This document shows positions 24,701-37,398 of a stretch of 64,000 nt of DNA, in pieces. Under the pieces are notes generated by a model that was given only the letters and a program-made list of their open reading frames with translations, was not told the origin of the DNA and ran no database searches. A program made the position numbers and the translations under genes. Position 1 is the stretch's first letter. Each line of letters begins with the position of its first letter. This stretch comes from Tubulanus polymorphus (taxonomy: Eukaryota > Animalia > Nemertea): assembly GCF_964204645.1 (NCBI RefSeq), contig NC_134031.1, positions 15,859,807-15,923,806 on the forward strand, read 5' to 3'.

Positions 24701-27700
24701 GAAAAATCAAATCTTCTCAACCAGGTTTAAGAAAGTTACAGATACAGTGATAATTTATTGCCGGTCATTTTGTTTTAGAATCACTCTAGCCTTCAGAAAA
24801 TATTCCGTTTTTCAAAGATTTCTTGAGGTTGGGCCCCCAGACCCCTCGTAGGACGCTTTGCACCTAAGCTCGCGGTCATGATGTACCAAATTAGGTTTTG
24901 AACATTCTATCTCCACCCCCCTCCTATCCCTTTCGAAATTCCTGGATCTGCCCCTATCTACATATACTTCAAAGTATGCCCTTCATTTATAAAGTGAGAG
25001 TGAGATCTGTAAATGTTTCCAAGGAGTATCAACAAATTTTTACCGACCCCACATGAACTATAGTTTATTTATTACATTTGACCCCATCCACGTCATCCCC
25101 TATTCAACAAAACGCTTCCCTAAGTGTTCATAATTTCTGAGTTGAATTTGCTAAATGGAAAGAATCACTTGTATCAAACTTTATCAAGAGTAGAATTCAT
25201 TTATCACAGCTTAATATACCGAGGGATTTATTTCCTTGGATCGATTTATTAGGGGAGAGATAGTCACGGGTAGATAAGATACTTTACCAACTCAGGAGGA
25301 GGGTGTTACCACGATGACGTCATGATCATTGGTTTGAGAATGGTATCCCGCGGTATCCCATGGGCTTTTCCGATTTGACGTCACATCCTGCAATGGGCCC
25401 AGGGGTTGCTAAGAAGGTTGGGTTGCTAAGTGCTGTTGCTGGTTGTTACAGACACGAATCCCGCTTCACCAAGTGAAAAAACGGATGCGCTCGAAAATCT
25501 GTTAAAAAGTGAACAAAACAAGGGTCAAATTACATCTGAAACTTATCAAATCGATATCTCAAGGTGAGATAAGATCTGTAACATGGACTTGAGTTTTAGA
25601 GTTGATGATTTTGTTGAATAATTTGTCGAGTGAACAGTCTTCAATTAACCGCTTTAGATCTTCAAAACTTTCCAAATGAAGTTTACTTTTTATAGTGAAT
25701 ATGTTTCGAAATCGTTTTGAAATGTAGCACGCATTCATCTGGTCAAATGATTTCAAGTCAGACTCCTTGAAATTAGAGGCGTGAATGCGTGATAAAGAGT
25801 AATTGATAAATGAATATGCGGTTAATTGAAGGCTGTTTTACCGACCTCGTTTACTACTGGTATCGATTCAGTAAATACGTCACAACCTTCCCGTTATCCC
25901 TTCGCATTCTATTTCACATTACAATATCTCCAGAATTATTCAGACATCATTCATAACTCAGGATGAAATTCATTTAGTTTCCCATTTGAGAAGAATTCAG
26001 AATTTGGTTAGTTTGAACGTGGAATGAATTTCATAAATTCTTATCAACTATTTGAAATTGATTGTTTTGATAACTAGGTTTAGTCTTCGGGTCTAATTCA
26101 TTCTTCTTTTTTTTTCTTCAGAGAGTTTAGAAAAGTAAATGCATTATTATTTTTCTAAACGATTGCGATCATATTTACTCAAAACGTTAGTTTATATAAA
26201 AGTATCTCGTTTTATTTTAACCGACAAAATGCGTCACGTGCATCTATCAAACATTTTGAATTTTGAATAGCTCTTTTTCCATCCGTTGATGTTTTTAATC
26301 ATAAATTACCGATAGAATCAATTAAGTTTTATTTCCAATGCTGTCTGATGGCATGATCGCCGCTATGATTTGGCCACAAAATCGTCGACAGCGTCTTATG
26401 TCTATAGTTTAAGAATGACCGCGTCAAGCTATTCCTGTGTAATGCTTAACGTGGATGTAATGAAATAAACGGTTACAAGGTAAGCGCTCTATCAGGAGCT
26501 AAGCCAAAACGGCCCAGGCCTTCCTAATTTTTTGAAAAATCAAATCTTCTCAACCAGGTTAGAAAGTTACAGATACAGTGATAATTTATTGCCGGTCATT
26601 TTGTTTTAGAATCACTCTAGCCTTCAGAAAATATTCCGTTTCTCAAAATTTTCTTGAGGTTGGGCCCCCAGACCTCTCGTAGGACGCTTTGCACCTAAGC
26701 TCGCGGTCATGATGTACCAAATTAGGTTTTGAACATTCTATCTCCACCCCCCTCCTATCCCTTTCGAAATTCCTGGATCTGCCCCTATCTACATATACTT
26801 CAAAGTATGCCCTTCATTTATAAAGTGAGAGTGAGATCTGTAAATGTTTCCAAGGAGTATCAACAAATTTTTACCGACCCCACATGAACTATAGTTTATT
26901 TATTACATTTGACCCCATCCACGTCATCCCCTATTCAACAAAACGCTTCCCTAAGTGTTCATAATTTCTGAGTTGAATTTGCTAAATGGAAAGAATCACT
27001 TATTGTATCAAACTTTATCAAGAGTAGAATTCATTTATCACAGCTTAATATACCGAGGGATTTATTTCCTTGGATCAATTTATTGGGGGAGAGATAGTCA
27101 CGGGTAGATAAGATACTTTACCAAGTCAGGAGGAGGGTGTTTCCACGATGACGTCATGATCATTGGTTTGAGAATGGTATCCCGCGGTATCCCATGGGCT
27201 TTTCCGATTTGACGTCACATCCTGCAGTGGGCCCAGGGGTTGCTAAGAAGGTTGGGTTGCTAAGTGCTGTTGCTGGTTGTTACAGACACGAATCCCGCTT
27301 CACCAAGTGGAAAAACCGATGCGCTCGAAAACTCTTTAAAAGTGAACAAAAGAAGGGTCCAATTACATCTGAAACTTATCAAATTGATATATAAAGGTGA
27401 GATAAGATCTGTAACATGGACTTGAGTTTTAGAGTTGATGATTTTGTTGAATAATTTGTCGAGTGAACAGTCTTCAATTAACCGCTTTAGATCTTCAAAA
27501 CTTTCCAACTGCAGTTTACTTTTTATAGCGAATATGTTTCGAAATCGTTTTGGAATGTAGCACGCGTTCATCTGGTCAAATGATTTCAAGTCAGACTCCT
27601 TGAAATTAGAGGCGTGAATGCGTGATAAAGAGTAATTGATAAATGAATATGCGGTTAATTGAAGGCTGTTTTACCGACCTCGTTTACTACTGGTAACGAT

Positions 27701-27830
27701 TCAGTAAATATGTCACAACCTTCCCGTTATCCCTTCGCATTCGATTTCACATTATAATCTCTCCAGAATTATTCTCATCTTACAAATAGACACGATTCAT
27801 AACTCAGAAATTCAGAATTTGGTTAGTTAG
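21739..27830 (+). repeat. Tandem array of a ~1.83-kb unit (three full units and one partial)
   Basis: Landmark TTTGACGTCAC at 21856, 23542, 25376 and 27210 (spacing 1686, 1834, 1834). Units are near-identical. Confidence 0.95.
27148..27402 (+). promoter_or_regulatory. Putative promoter and non-coding first exon: two CRE sites, RFX X-box half-sites, splice donor (recurs in each 1.8-kb unit)
   Basis: TGACGTCA twice, GGTTGCTAAG twice, then AAG|GTGAG with GT at 27397. Equivalent donors at 22046, 23730, 25564. Near-full X-box GTTACTAAGCACC at 21802. Confidence 0.5.
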
Positions 27831-27917
27831 TGAAATGAACCTCGGGAGTTCTTATCAAATATTCAATTATCCTGATAGCTAGGTCCAGTTTCCATTATCA
27901 TTCATTTATCTTCGTGC

Positions 27918-28248
27918 CATGGTTCTCACAGGTACATGAAATAAAAATTCCCAAGTTTTTCCAAAGTATTTCAAGAGTGATTTTTCAATATCTCCGAATG
28001 GAAATGAATAGATACAATCATGATACAGTCAACATTTTAGTGGTGACATGTTGATAAAGGTGATTTTCCAGGGAAATCGCCGAAGAAAGTTGCCCTTGGC
28101 AAAAGCAATAGGTGAAATGTAAATAAATTTCCCAAATATTTCCCTGATTTTGAAAAATTTTTCTAATTCCCCAATATTTCCAAACTGGGAATTATTATTT
28201 CATAATTCCCAACTTTTCCACTAATTACCCCGTTCTGTGGGAGCCGTG
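27918..28248. mobile_element. MITE with CA(T/G)GG termini
   Basis: CATGGTTCTCACAG...CTGTGGGAGCCGTG. Homologous copy at ~63313-63620. Related CAGGGTGGC elements at ~3506-3750 and 5527-5815. Confidence 0.65.
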
Positions 28249-29023
28249 TTGTACAGAAAGGTTAGAAAATTATTATTTGAAATTCAGAAAATTAGAAATT
28301 ATTATTTAAAAATCGTTTAGAAAATTTTTACGAATGATTACAATCACGTAAAGATAAAATTCAATATTAAAAACTCCAGTTTACAAAAATCCTCATTCAC
28401 CTTGGATAACAAAGCGCATACGTGCAAACGGCTGAAATCCCATTCGTTTAGGGTTCGAATCCGATTGATTAAGGGTCGATTCAGCACAGTTTTCTCTAAA
28501 ATGTTCTCCGTTTGTACGATCCCCACTATGATCTATGACAAATGATTTTATCTAAAGCAACTGTTGAAATTGAATTTTATTCTACTGAGTAATATTTTGT
28601 ATATCTGTCAATTGTCGTATGTTTTTGTGAATTTGTATAGTCTGTTGAGATATTTGATGTAATGGACTGTAAATAGTTATCGATATTATTATTATTATTA
28701 TTATCATATTATTAGCCACGGTATTCTTGACAGATAATGTCCGATAATTCAAGAGAATGGCCGCTGTTTGTCAGATCGGGCTTTTCTTGTCTAATTCTTT
28801 GTGGACATACGACAAATGGTCTCATAGAAAGCACCCTCTAAGGCCCCGATTTCAAGTTTAGATACATCACTGAAGTGACCAGAAAAATTTTTCGTAGGAG
28901 ATTATTTCTAAATAGATAATCATTTACTACGAACTTAGGCGGTTTGTAAAATAGATGAATTCGTAGATTTTTGTAGATGCAAAATTGGTATTTTCCCGAT
29001 TTGATTACAGGTATTTAGGTACG

Positions 29024-30459
29024 ATGGATCGACTTGGTATACCACGGTGTATCGACAGATATTCTGATGAATCCATCAAGAGATATTTAGCGACGAAATT
29101 CGATAGCGTACAACCAAAGGGTTATAGCTTCAACGAATACGATGTACCAAAGATGCCACACCTTTCCCCTGAACCACCACGCAGTATTAAAGTAAGTATC
29201 AAGAACCCAAAACTGATTATGAAATAAGTAAAAAATCTTCATATCTCTGAATATTTTTCTTCTCAGATTTGTAAGTAGTAGTAATAGATGAGTAAAATCC
29301 GACAAAAAGAATGAATGAATCTAAAAAGTTTTGAATATTAGAATTATTTCGCTTGGTTGCTTTAGACTTAGAAGGGTGGCAGCAACCACCCGAAATAATT
29401 CTCATATTTAAAAAAAAAACGTTTTAGATTAATTCAATTATTGTGGGATTTCACTCACCGTTTTATCACGGATATTGTGATCGACAACTGATTCATTAGT
29501 AGTATAGATATATTATTATAAATGCGACAATATCTATTTCAGCCAATGGGAAAAAAGAAAGAACAACTTTCGATGACTGAATTATCTGAATATTACAAAG
29601 CGAAGGGACGTCGTCAGGGTAAATATAGATTCTAACTTCGTAACACCAAAACAGCGACGAGTTCTTAGTTATAACGTTTTTATAATCGTGTAAGGATTTT
29701 TTCCCTTCAGCCGAACGACACTTCGACTTGCCGGAAATTACCGCAAAATCGGTGAACATCGAACCAAACTTTCGACACGTTTACATTCCGCAAGCTATTG
29801 ACAGATATCGACGTCCGCCGAATATCCTGCGCAAAGTAGAAGGCGAAGATCGGTACACTCCGGTAAAAAGCCCTCCTTCAGATACTTATATCGCTGAATA
29901 CGGCGATTCGCTGAAGAGTAAAGGAAAGGATTCGGGAATTCGCTTCGACGATGTGCCGTTTAATGTATTGATCAACATTAAAAGATATCTTCCGTTGCCG
30001 CCACCAACTTCGCCGGAAACGTACGAGAACCATCGTCGACAATTACTGCTCGAAGAACCGATTATCAAGCAGAACCACACCGTCAACAAACTCAGAGGCA
30101 ATTTACAGTCGATGGCTTCGCTCCGGGTGCCGCCGAAAGAGAGCGTATTTCCCGAAATCACCGGTACCGGTCTAATGAAGAGTAACAGAAAGACAACCAG
30201 CCTCGCAAAACTCTACTCGCAGAAGTTACTGCCCAAAATCGAGACAGACGATACGGCCGAAATCGAGAAAAAAGATGTAAAAGTCCAGCTTCCAGAAATT
30301 GTCGGAGAACAAGCGCCACGAACGAATGTCAGAAAGAGAAGAAATTTACCTCAACAGCAAGAACGACGACGACAACGACGAGAAGGCGGAGCAATGAAAA
30401 AAGTGAAACAAACCATCACCGCAGCTCATGACGACCGACTTCGACCAACCCGTAACTAA
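29024..30459 (+). CDS. Uncharacterised basic, low-complexity protein (3 coding exons)
   Basis: Phase-compatible GT-AG exons 29024-29191, 29543-29618, 29711-30459. An acceptor at 29009-29010 implies an upstream non-coding exon. Internal repeat IPRCIDRY/IPQAIDRY and EYDVP/FDDVP. Confidence 0.7.
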
Positions 30460-31746
30460 AGAAAAATTTTGTAAACTCAACATAACCTTTTCAGTTGGAA
30501 GAGCAGCATGTAATTTGAATATCTAATCATGACCCATCAGCTCAAAATTCCTTTTAGACATTTATATCTTTACGATCTCCTTTACGATTTCCTTCTTCAA
30601 TTCCTGTCCGTTGCTGCTCTTCCTGTCTACCATAACAGAAGTCATATAGGCTCTTAACGTATGCGCTGCTATCTTAAATAGCGAAACAGAACGATAGAGA
30701 TGGTCATTTTAGGTGTGTAGTGATCAGTATTGGAACCTTTCAATACTGGACTGGGATTTATGGTTACTGGGGGCTCAAATCAGTCGAGCCTAATGGGAAA
30801 TCCACGCCTCAACCTCCAGTAGTGGCTTCCTCATCCAATTCTTCCAATTTTTCAACTTCCTTTTTAAATTTGGCTTGAGTTCAATATATTGTACATGTTT
30901 AGCAGAGAGTTAAACTTGGTGTCATTTTCAGGCCCGAAAATGGAACCGATGTTTAACTCTTCTGCTGTAAACATTTCCCGATCTCAGTTCATGATTCGTA
31001 TATCGTATGCACAGCTAATTTCATAATAGTACAGAAAAGCGATTGAGATTGTGTTTTCAGTATTGGACCCTTCCAATACTGGATTGGTATGGTTACTGGG
31101 GGCTCAGATCATTGGAGCCTAATGGGAACTCCACGACCCAACCTCTAGGAGCGGAATCTTTTTGTAACATCAGGTACAAAAATTATTTTCTTGTTGAGTC
31201 GTTTTTTTACCACAACATCTAACAATTTATAGTAAGATGTTGTAATTGGTTTGCTGACGATGGCCAAAATATCAGTATATAGGTGCTGCACATGGAACGC
31301 TATGGGGAGACATCTACGATACATTTACAATTTTTTTCCAATCAATATTAAATTCATTTTAGTCGCAGAGGTTCAAATCATTGTAGCACAAAGCCACGCT
31401 TAAACCTCCAAAGCATCTACATTAAACTTTTCTGCTGAAGAAATTTCCTGAACTCAGTAAATGATTTATTCTATGTCGTATGCACAACAATTTTCATAAT
31501 AGTCCAGAAAAGCAATTGAGATTGTGTTATCAGTATTGGAACCTTCTAATACTGAATTGGTATGGTTACTGGGGGCTCAGATCATTGGAGCCTAATGGGA
31601 ACTCCACGACCCAACCTCCAGGAGTGGATTTCCTTTTCAATTTACTTATATTTGGTTTCCGTTTCCCCCCTTCAATCCTCTTCCCGCCGCCTGGTATCTA
31701 CGAACATGGTGAGATGTCCCATTACTGAAAATGCATAAGTCAATGG

Positions 31747-32110
31747 TCACAAGGAGATTCAGTGATCATAGTCTGATCTGAGTAATTAGTAAAGTGTCAT
31801 GTAAAGCTACCCCACTCTTTCAACAACCAGACGTGTGGTTCTACGCTGTTGTGACAAAACTGGCAACAGCGTGAAAAGAAAGACGCATATCTGAACTGGT
31901 CGGTTGTTCAGGGAGTACATGGATTGGTAGAGTATAGGGTAGTCGAACGTATCTGGTTGTTGTGTGGGGTAGCTCAGTTTTTTCTTAACCGTGGGACGGT
32001 TGAATAAGAGAGGTGTATATCTGAACTATAGCTGGTAGTTTAGGGAGCGCCGTGGAGTTTGGTGAACTAGGTTACTCAGATCAGCTGTGGTTGCTGTGTC
32101 TTTCTTGTGA
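31747..32110 (+). ncRNA. Candidate ~360-nt multibranch structured RNA, copy 1
   Basis: Nested stems TCACAAGGAGA/TCTTTCTTGTGA, CAGTGATCATAG/CTGTGGTTGCTG, CTGATCTGAGTAA/TTACTCAGATCAG, AGCTACCCCAC/GTGGGGTAGCT, CAACAACCAGA/TCTGGTTGTTG, ACGCTGTTG/CAACAGCGT. Mismatches are mostly plus-strand G.U. Transcription is unknown. Confidence 0.5.
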
Positions 32111-33870
32111 GCAACTTATGAATTTTCTACATTGGACCCCTTGATCGTGAATCTTTTTGTGCCAGTTTTACGCATCTCAACAGTCTCCAAATCTTCAAAA
32201 TTTCCTTAATGATCTTGCGTTTAATCCATCGTCTGGTTCTTCGTTACCTTTCAAGTTTCCCCTTCTATCGTTTCCGATTCAAAACCTCTGTTCCCTCGTG
32301 TATTCTATAACTCGAGCCTCTCCCTAAATCCTTCCCATCCTCATGACATTTGGTGTGTACGGTTACTGGGGGCTCATGTCATCGCATTAAGCCTAACGGG
32401 AGCCCCCGCCCCGACGTTCTCCAGTAGCATATTACCCATTACCATTCGATTTTCATCCTTTAGCTTTTGAAAAAAACCAGATTTATTTTTTGAATAACTA
32501 AACAGAACGAGCGAGATTGCCATTCTAGGTGTGTAGTGATCAGTTGGGATTTATGGTTACTGGGGGCCCAAATCAGTCGAGCCTATTGGGAAATCCACGC
32601 CCCAACCTCCAGTAGTGGTGTCCTTATCAAATTCTTCCAATTTTTCAACTTCCTTTTAAAATTTGGCTTGAGTTCAATATATTGTACATGTTTAACAGAG
32701 AGTTAAACTCGGTGTTATTTTTAGGCCCGAAAATGCAACTGACATTTAACTCTTCTGTTCTAAACAACTGAACCCAGTAAATGATTAATTCCATATCGTA
32801 TGCACAGCTATTTCCATAATAGCCCAGAAAAGCGATTGAGATTGTGTTATCAGTATTGGAGCCTTCTTATACTGGATGTGTATGGTTGCTGGGGGCTCAG
32901 ATCATTGGAGCCTAATGGGAAGTCCATGCCCCAACCTCCAGTAGTGGTGTACCCATCCAATTCTTCCGATTTTTCAACTTCCTTTTTAAATTTGGCTTGA
33001 GTTCAATGTCTTTTACATGTTTAACAGAGAGTTAAACTCGGTTTCATTTTTAGGCCCGAAAATGGAACCGATGTTCAACTCTTCTGCTGTAAACACCTCC
33101 CGATCTCAGTTCAAGATTCATTCTATGTCGTATGCACAGCTATTTCCATAATAGTCCAAAAAAGTGATTGAGATTGTGTTATCAGTATTGGAGCCTTCTA
33201 ATACGGGATTGGTATGGTTACTGGGGGCTCAGATCATTGGAGCCTAATGGGAACTCCACGACCCAACCTCCGGTAGTGGATTCCGCGCCCAATTCTATCA
33301 ATTATTAATGTATGCACAGTTATCTTGAATAGTGAAACAGAACGAGAGAGATGGCCATTTTAGGTGTGTAGTGATCAGTATTGGAACCCTTCAATGCTGG
33401 ACTGGGATTTATGGTTACTGGGGGCTCAAATCAGTCGAGCCTAATGGGAAGTCCACGCCCCAACCTCCAGTAGTGGCGTCCTCATCCAATTCTTCCAATT
33501 TTTCAACTACCTTTCTAAATTTGGTTTGAGTTCAATGCCTTGTACATGTTTAACAGAGAGTTAAACTCGGTTTCATTTTTAGGCCCGAAATGCAACTGAC
33601 ATTTAACTCTTCTGTTCTAAACATCTGAACCCAGTCAATGATTAATTACATATCGAATGCACAGCTATTTCCACAATAGTCCAGAAAAGCGATTGAGATT
33701 GTGTTATCAGTATTGGAGCCTTTCAATACTGGATTGGTATGGTTACTGGGGGCTCAGATCATTGGAGCCTAATGGGAACTCCACGACCCAACCTCCGGTA
33801 GTGGATTCCGCACCCAATTCTATCAATTTTAATGCACAATTATCTTGAATAACATAACAGAACGAGAGAG

Positions 33871-35102
33871 TAATCGAATGAAACACTCTAATCCGTGTTT
33901 ACTGCAGATTAATTGAAGAAGTTCCACAATTCGAATTTTATATGAAATAATGTATTAGAACGAAACCACAACATTTCGGCTGTTGACTAATGGCCATCAT
34001 CAGGTGGAAATGACCAGAAAACAGAAGTAACGTAGCATATAAACTTACAGGACATAAACAAAAGCGATGTGTCAGAATAAATGTAAACAGAACAAGTGAC
34101 AAATGAAAACAACCGAGGGGTACCGTAGAAACCACAAAATTCTATGAACAGTTAGGATGAATACAAATTATGTAACTAAAGTGGAGTAGAAGCGGATGGG
34201 GATAGCAGTGTGACACGTAGTGACATTAACCAAAATCTAGTAGAGAGTTGATATGTCTAGATAATAATTGTTTATGTGGAGAAAAACCATTATTTAGATT
34301 GGTAGATAAGTTGGATTTCGAAAGTTTACAAATAAGGGCTGATTCCACTATGTGACTCTTATGGATGTCTTTACAAGGATAAATGAGTTTAGAATTGTGA
34401 AAGTCAAATTTGTGGTTGGTTGTAAAAACATGATTTGCTATCCCACTCTCGGGCTTTTGATTAGGAGTGTCTACCCTATGTTCCTTAATACGTTGACTAG
34501 GGTCGCAATCTTAGTCAAGGCATTAAGGAACATAGGGTAGACATCCGTAATCAAAAGCCTGAGAGTGGGATAGCAAATCATGTTTTAACAACCAACCACA
34601 AATTTGACTTTCCAAATTCTAAACTCATTTATCCTTGTAAAGACATCCATAAGAGACACATAGTGGAATCAGCCCTTATTTGTAAACTTTCGAAATCCAA
34701 TTTATCTACCAATCTAAATACTGGTTTTTCTCAACATAATCAATTATTATCTAGACATATCAACTCTCTACTCGATTTTGGTTAATGTCTCTATGTGTCA
34801 CACTGCTATCCCCATCCACTTCTACTCCACTTTATTAGTTACATATTTGTATTCATCCTGACTGTTCATAGAATTTTGTGGTTTCTACGGTACCCCTTGG
34901 TTGTTTTCATTTGTCACTTGTTCTGTTTACATTTATTCTAATACATCGCTTTTGTTTATGTCCTGTAAGTTTATATGCTATGTTACTTCTGTTCTGGTCA
35001 TTCCATCTGATGATGGCCGTTAGTCAACAGCCGAAACGTTGTGATTTCGGTCTAATAAATTATTTCATATAGAATTCGAATTGTGGGACTTCTTCAATTA
35101 AT
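33871..35102. mobile_element. Penelope-like retroelement remnant: head-to-head 5'-truncated GIY-YIG/pLTR palindrome, copy 1
   Basis: ~600-bp inverted arms centred near 34505. The arm encodes GRNLSQ.IKEHRVDIRNQKPESGIANHV..TNHKFDF...IY..KD..KRHIVESALI...NLNTG, the C-terminal half of a Penelope GIY-YIG endonuclease. One arm has a short extra tail. Target-site duplication ~CAGAACGAGAGAG. Confidence 0.85.
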
Positions 35103-36167
35103 CAGAACAAGGGAGATGGCCATTTTAGGTGTGTAGTGATCAGTATTGGAACCCTTCAATACTGGACTGGGATTTATGGTTACTGGGGGCTCAAATCAGT
35201 CGAGCCTAATGGGAAATCCATGCCCCAACCTCCAGTAGTGGCGTCCTCATCCAATTCTTCCGATTTTTCAACTTCCTTTTTAAATTTGGCTTGAGTTCAA
35301 TGTTTTTTACATGTTTTAACAGAGAGTTAAACTCGGTTTCATTTTTAGGCCCGAAAATGGAACCGATGTTCAACTCTTCTGCTGTAAACACCTCCCGATC
35401 TCAGTTCAAGATTAATTCTATGTCGCATGCACAGCTATTTCCATAATAGTCCAAAATAGTGATTGAGATTGTGTTATCAGTATTGGAGCCTTCTTATACT
35501 GGATTGGTATGGTTACTGGGGGCTCAGATCATTGGAGCCTAATGGGAACTCCACGACCCAACCTCCGGTAGTGGATTCCGCGCCCAATTCTATAAATTAT
35601 TAATGTATGCACAGTTATCTTGAATAGTTAAACAGAACGAGAGAGATGGCCATTTTAGGTGTGTAGTGATCAGTATTGGAACCCTTCAATGCTGGACTGG
35701 GATTTATGGTTACTGGGGGCTCAAATTAATCGAGCCTAATGGGAAGTCCACGCCCCAACCTCCAGTAGTGGCGTCCTCATCCAATTCTTCCAATTTTTTA
35801 ACTTCCTTTTTAAATTTGGCTTGAGTTCAATATATTGTACATGTTTAACAGAGAGTTAAACTCGGTGTCATTTTTAGGCCCGAAAATGCAACTGACATTT
35901 AACTCTTCTGTTCTAAACATCTGAAACAAGTAAATCATTAATTACATATCGTATGCACAGCTATTTCCACAATAGTCCAGAAAAGCGATTGAGATTGTGT
36001 TATCAGTATTGGAGCCTTTCAATACTGGATTGGTATGGTTACTGGGGGCTCAGATCATTGGAGCCTAATGGGAACTCCACGACCCAACCTCCGGTAGTGG
36101 ATTCCGCACCCAATTCTATCAATTTTTAATGCACAATTATCTTGAATAACATAACAGAAAGAGAGAG

Positions 36168-37398
36168 TAATCGAATGAAACACCCTAATCCGTGTTTACT
36201 GCAGATTAATTGAAGAAGTTCCACAATTCGAATTTTATATGAAATAATGTATTAGAACGAAACCACAACGTTTCGGCTGTTGACTAACGGCCATCATCAG
36301 GTGGAAATGACCAGAAAACAGAAGTAACGTAGCATATAAACTTACAGGACATAAACAAAAGCGATGTGTCAGAATAAATGTAAACAGAACAAGTGACAAA
36401 TGAAAACAACCAGGAGTACCGTAGAAACCACAAAATTCTATGAACAGTTAGGATGAATACAAATTATGTAACTAAAGTGGAGTAGAAGCGGATGGGGATA
36501 GCAGTGTGACACGTAGTGACATTAACCAAAATCTAGTAGAGAGTTGATATGTCTAGATGATAATTGTTTATGTGGAGAAAAATCAGTATTTAGATTGGTA
36601 GATAAGTTGGATTTCGAAAGTTTACAAATAAGGGCTGATTCCACTATGTGACTCTTATGGATGTCTTTACAAGGATAAATGAGTTTAGAATTGTGAAAGT
36701 CAAATTTGTGGTTGGTTGTAAAAACATGATTTGCTATCCCACTCTCGGGCTTTTGATTAGGGGTGTCTACCCTATGTTCCTTAATACGTTGACTAGGGTC
36801 GCAATCTTAGTCAAGGCATTAAGGAACATAGGGTAGACATCCGTAATCAAAAGCCTGAGACTGGGATAGCAAATCATGTTTTTACAACCAACCACAAATT
36901 TGACTTACCAAATTCTAAACTCATTTATCCTTGCTAAGACATCCATAAGAGACACATAGTGGAATCAGCCCTTATTTGTAAACTTTCGAAATCCAATTTA
37001 TCTACCAATCTAAATACTGGTTTTTCTCAACATAATCAATTATTATCTAGATATATCAACTCTCTACTCGATTTTGGTTAATGTCTCTATGTGTCACACT
37101 GCTATCCCCATCCACTTCTACTCCACTTTATTAGTTACATATTTGTATTCATCCTGACTGTTCATAGAATTTTGTGGTTTCTACGGTACCCCTTGGTTGT
37201 TTTCATTTGTCACTTGTTCTGTTTACATTTATTCCAACACATCGCTTTTGTTTATGTCCTGTAAGTTTATATGCTACGTTACTTCTGTTCTGGTCATTCC
37301 ATCTGATGATGGCTGTTAGTCAACAGCCGAAACGTTGTGATTTCGGTCTAATAAATTATTTCATATAGAATTCGAATTGTGGGACTTCTTCAATTAAT
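36168..37398. mobile_element. Penelope-like palindrome, copy 2
   Basis: Near-identical to copy 1, at the same site of the higher-order repeat. Confidence 0.85.

Noticed and set aside
33741-33830. Canonical HDV/CPEB3-like or twister ribozyme call for the core
   Set aside because: The HDV parse needs a 10-nt L3 and gives no consistent P2. The twister parse lacks the GAGGG general-base G and a stable P2/P4. Kept only as a resemblance.
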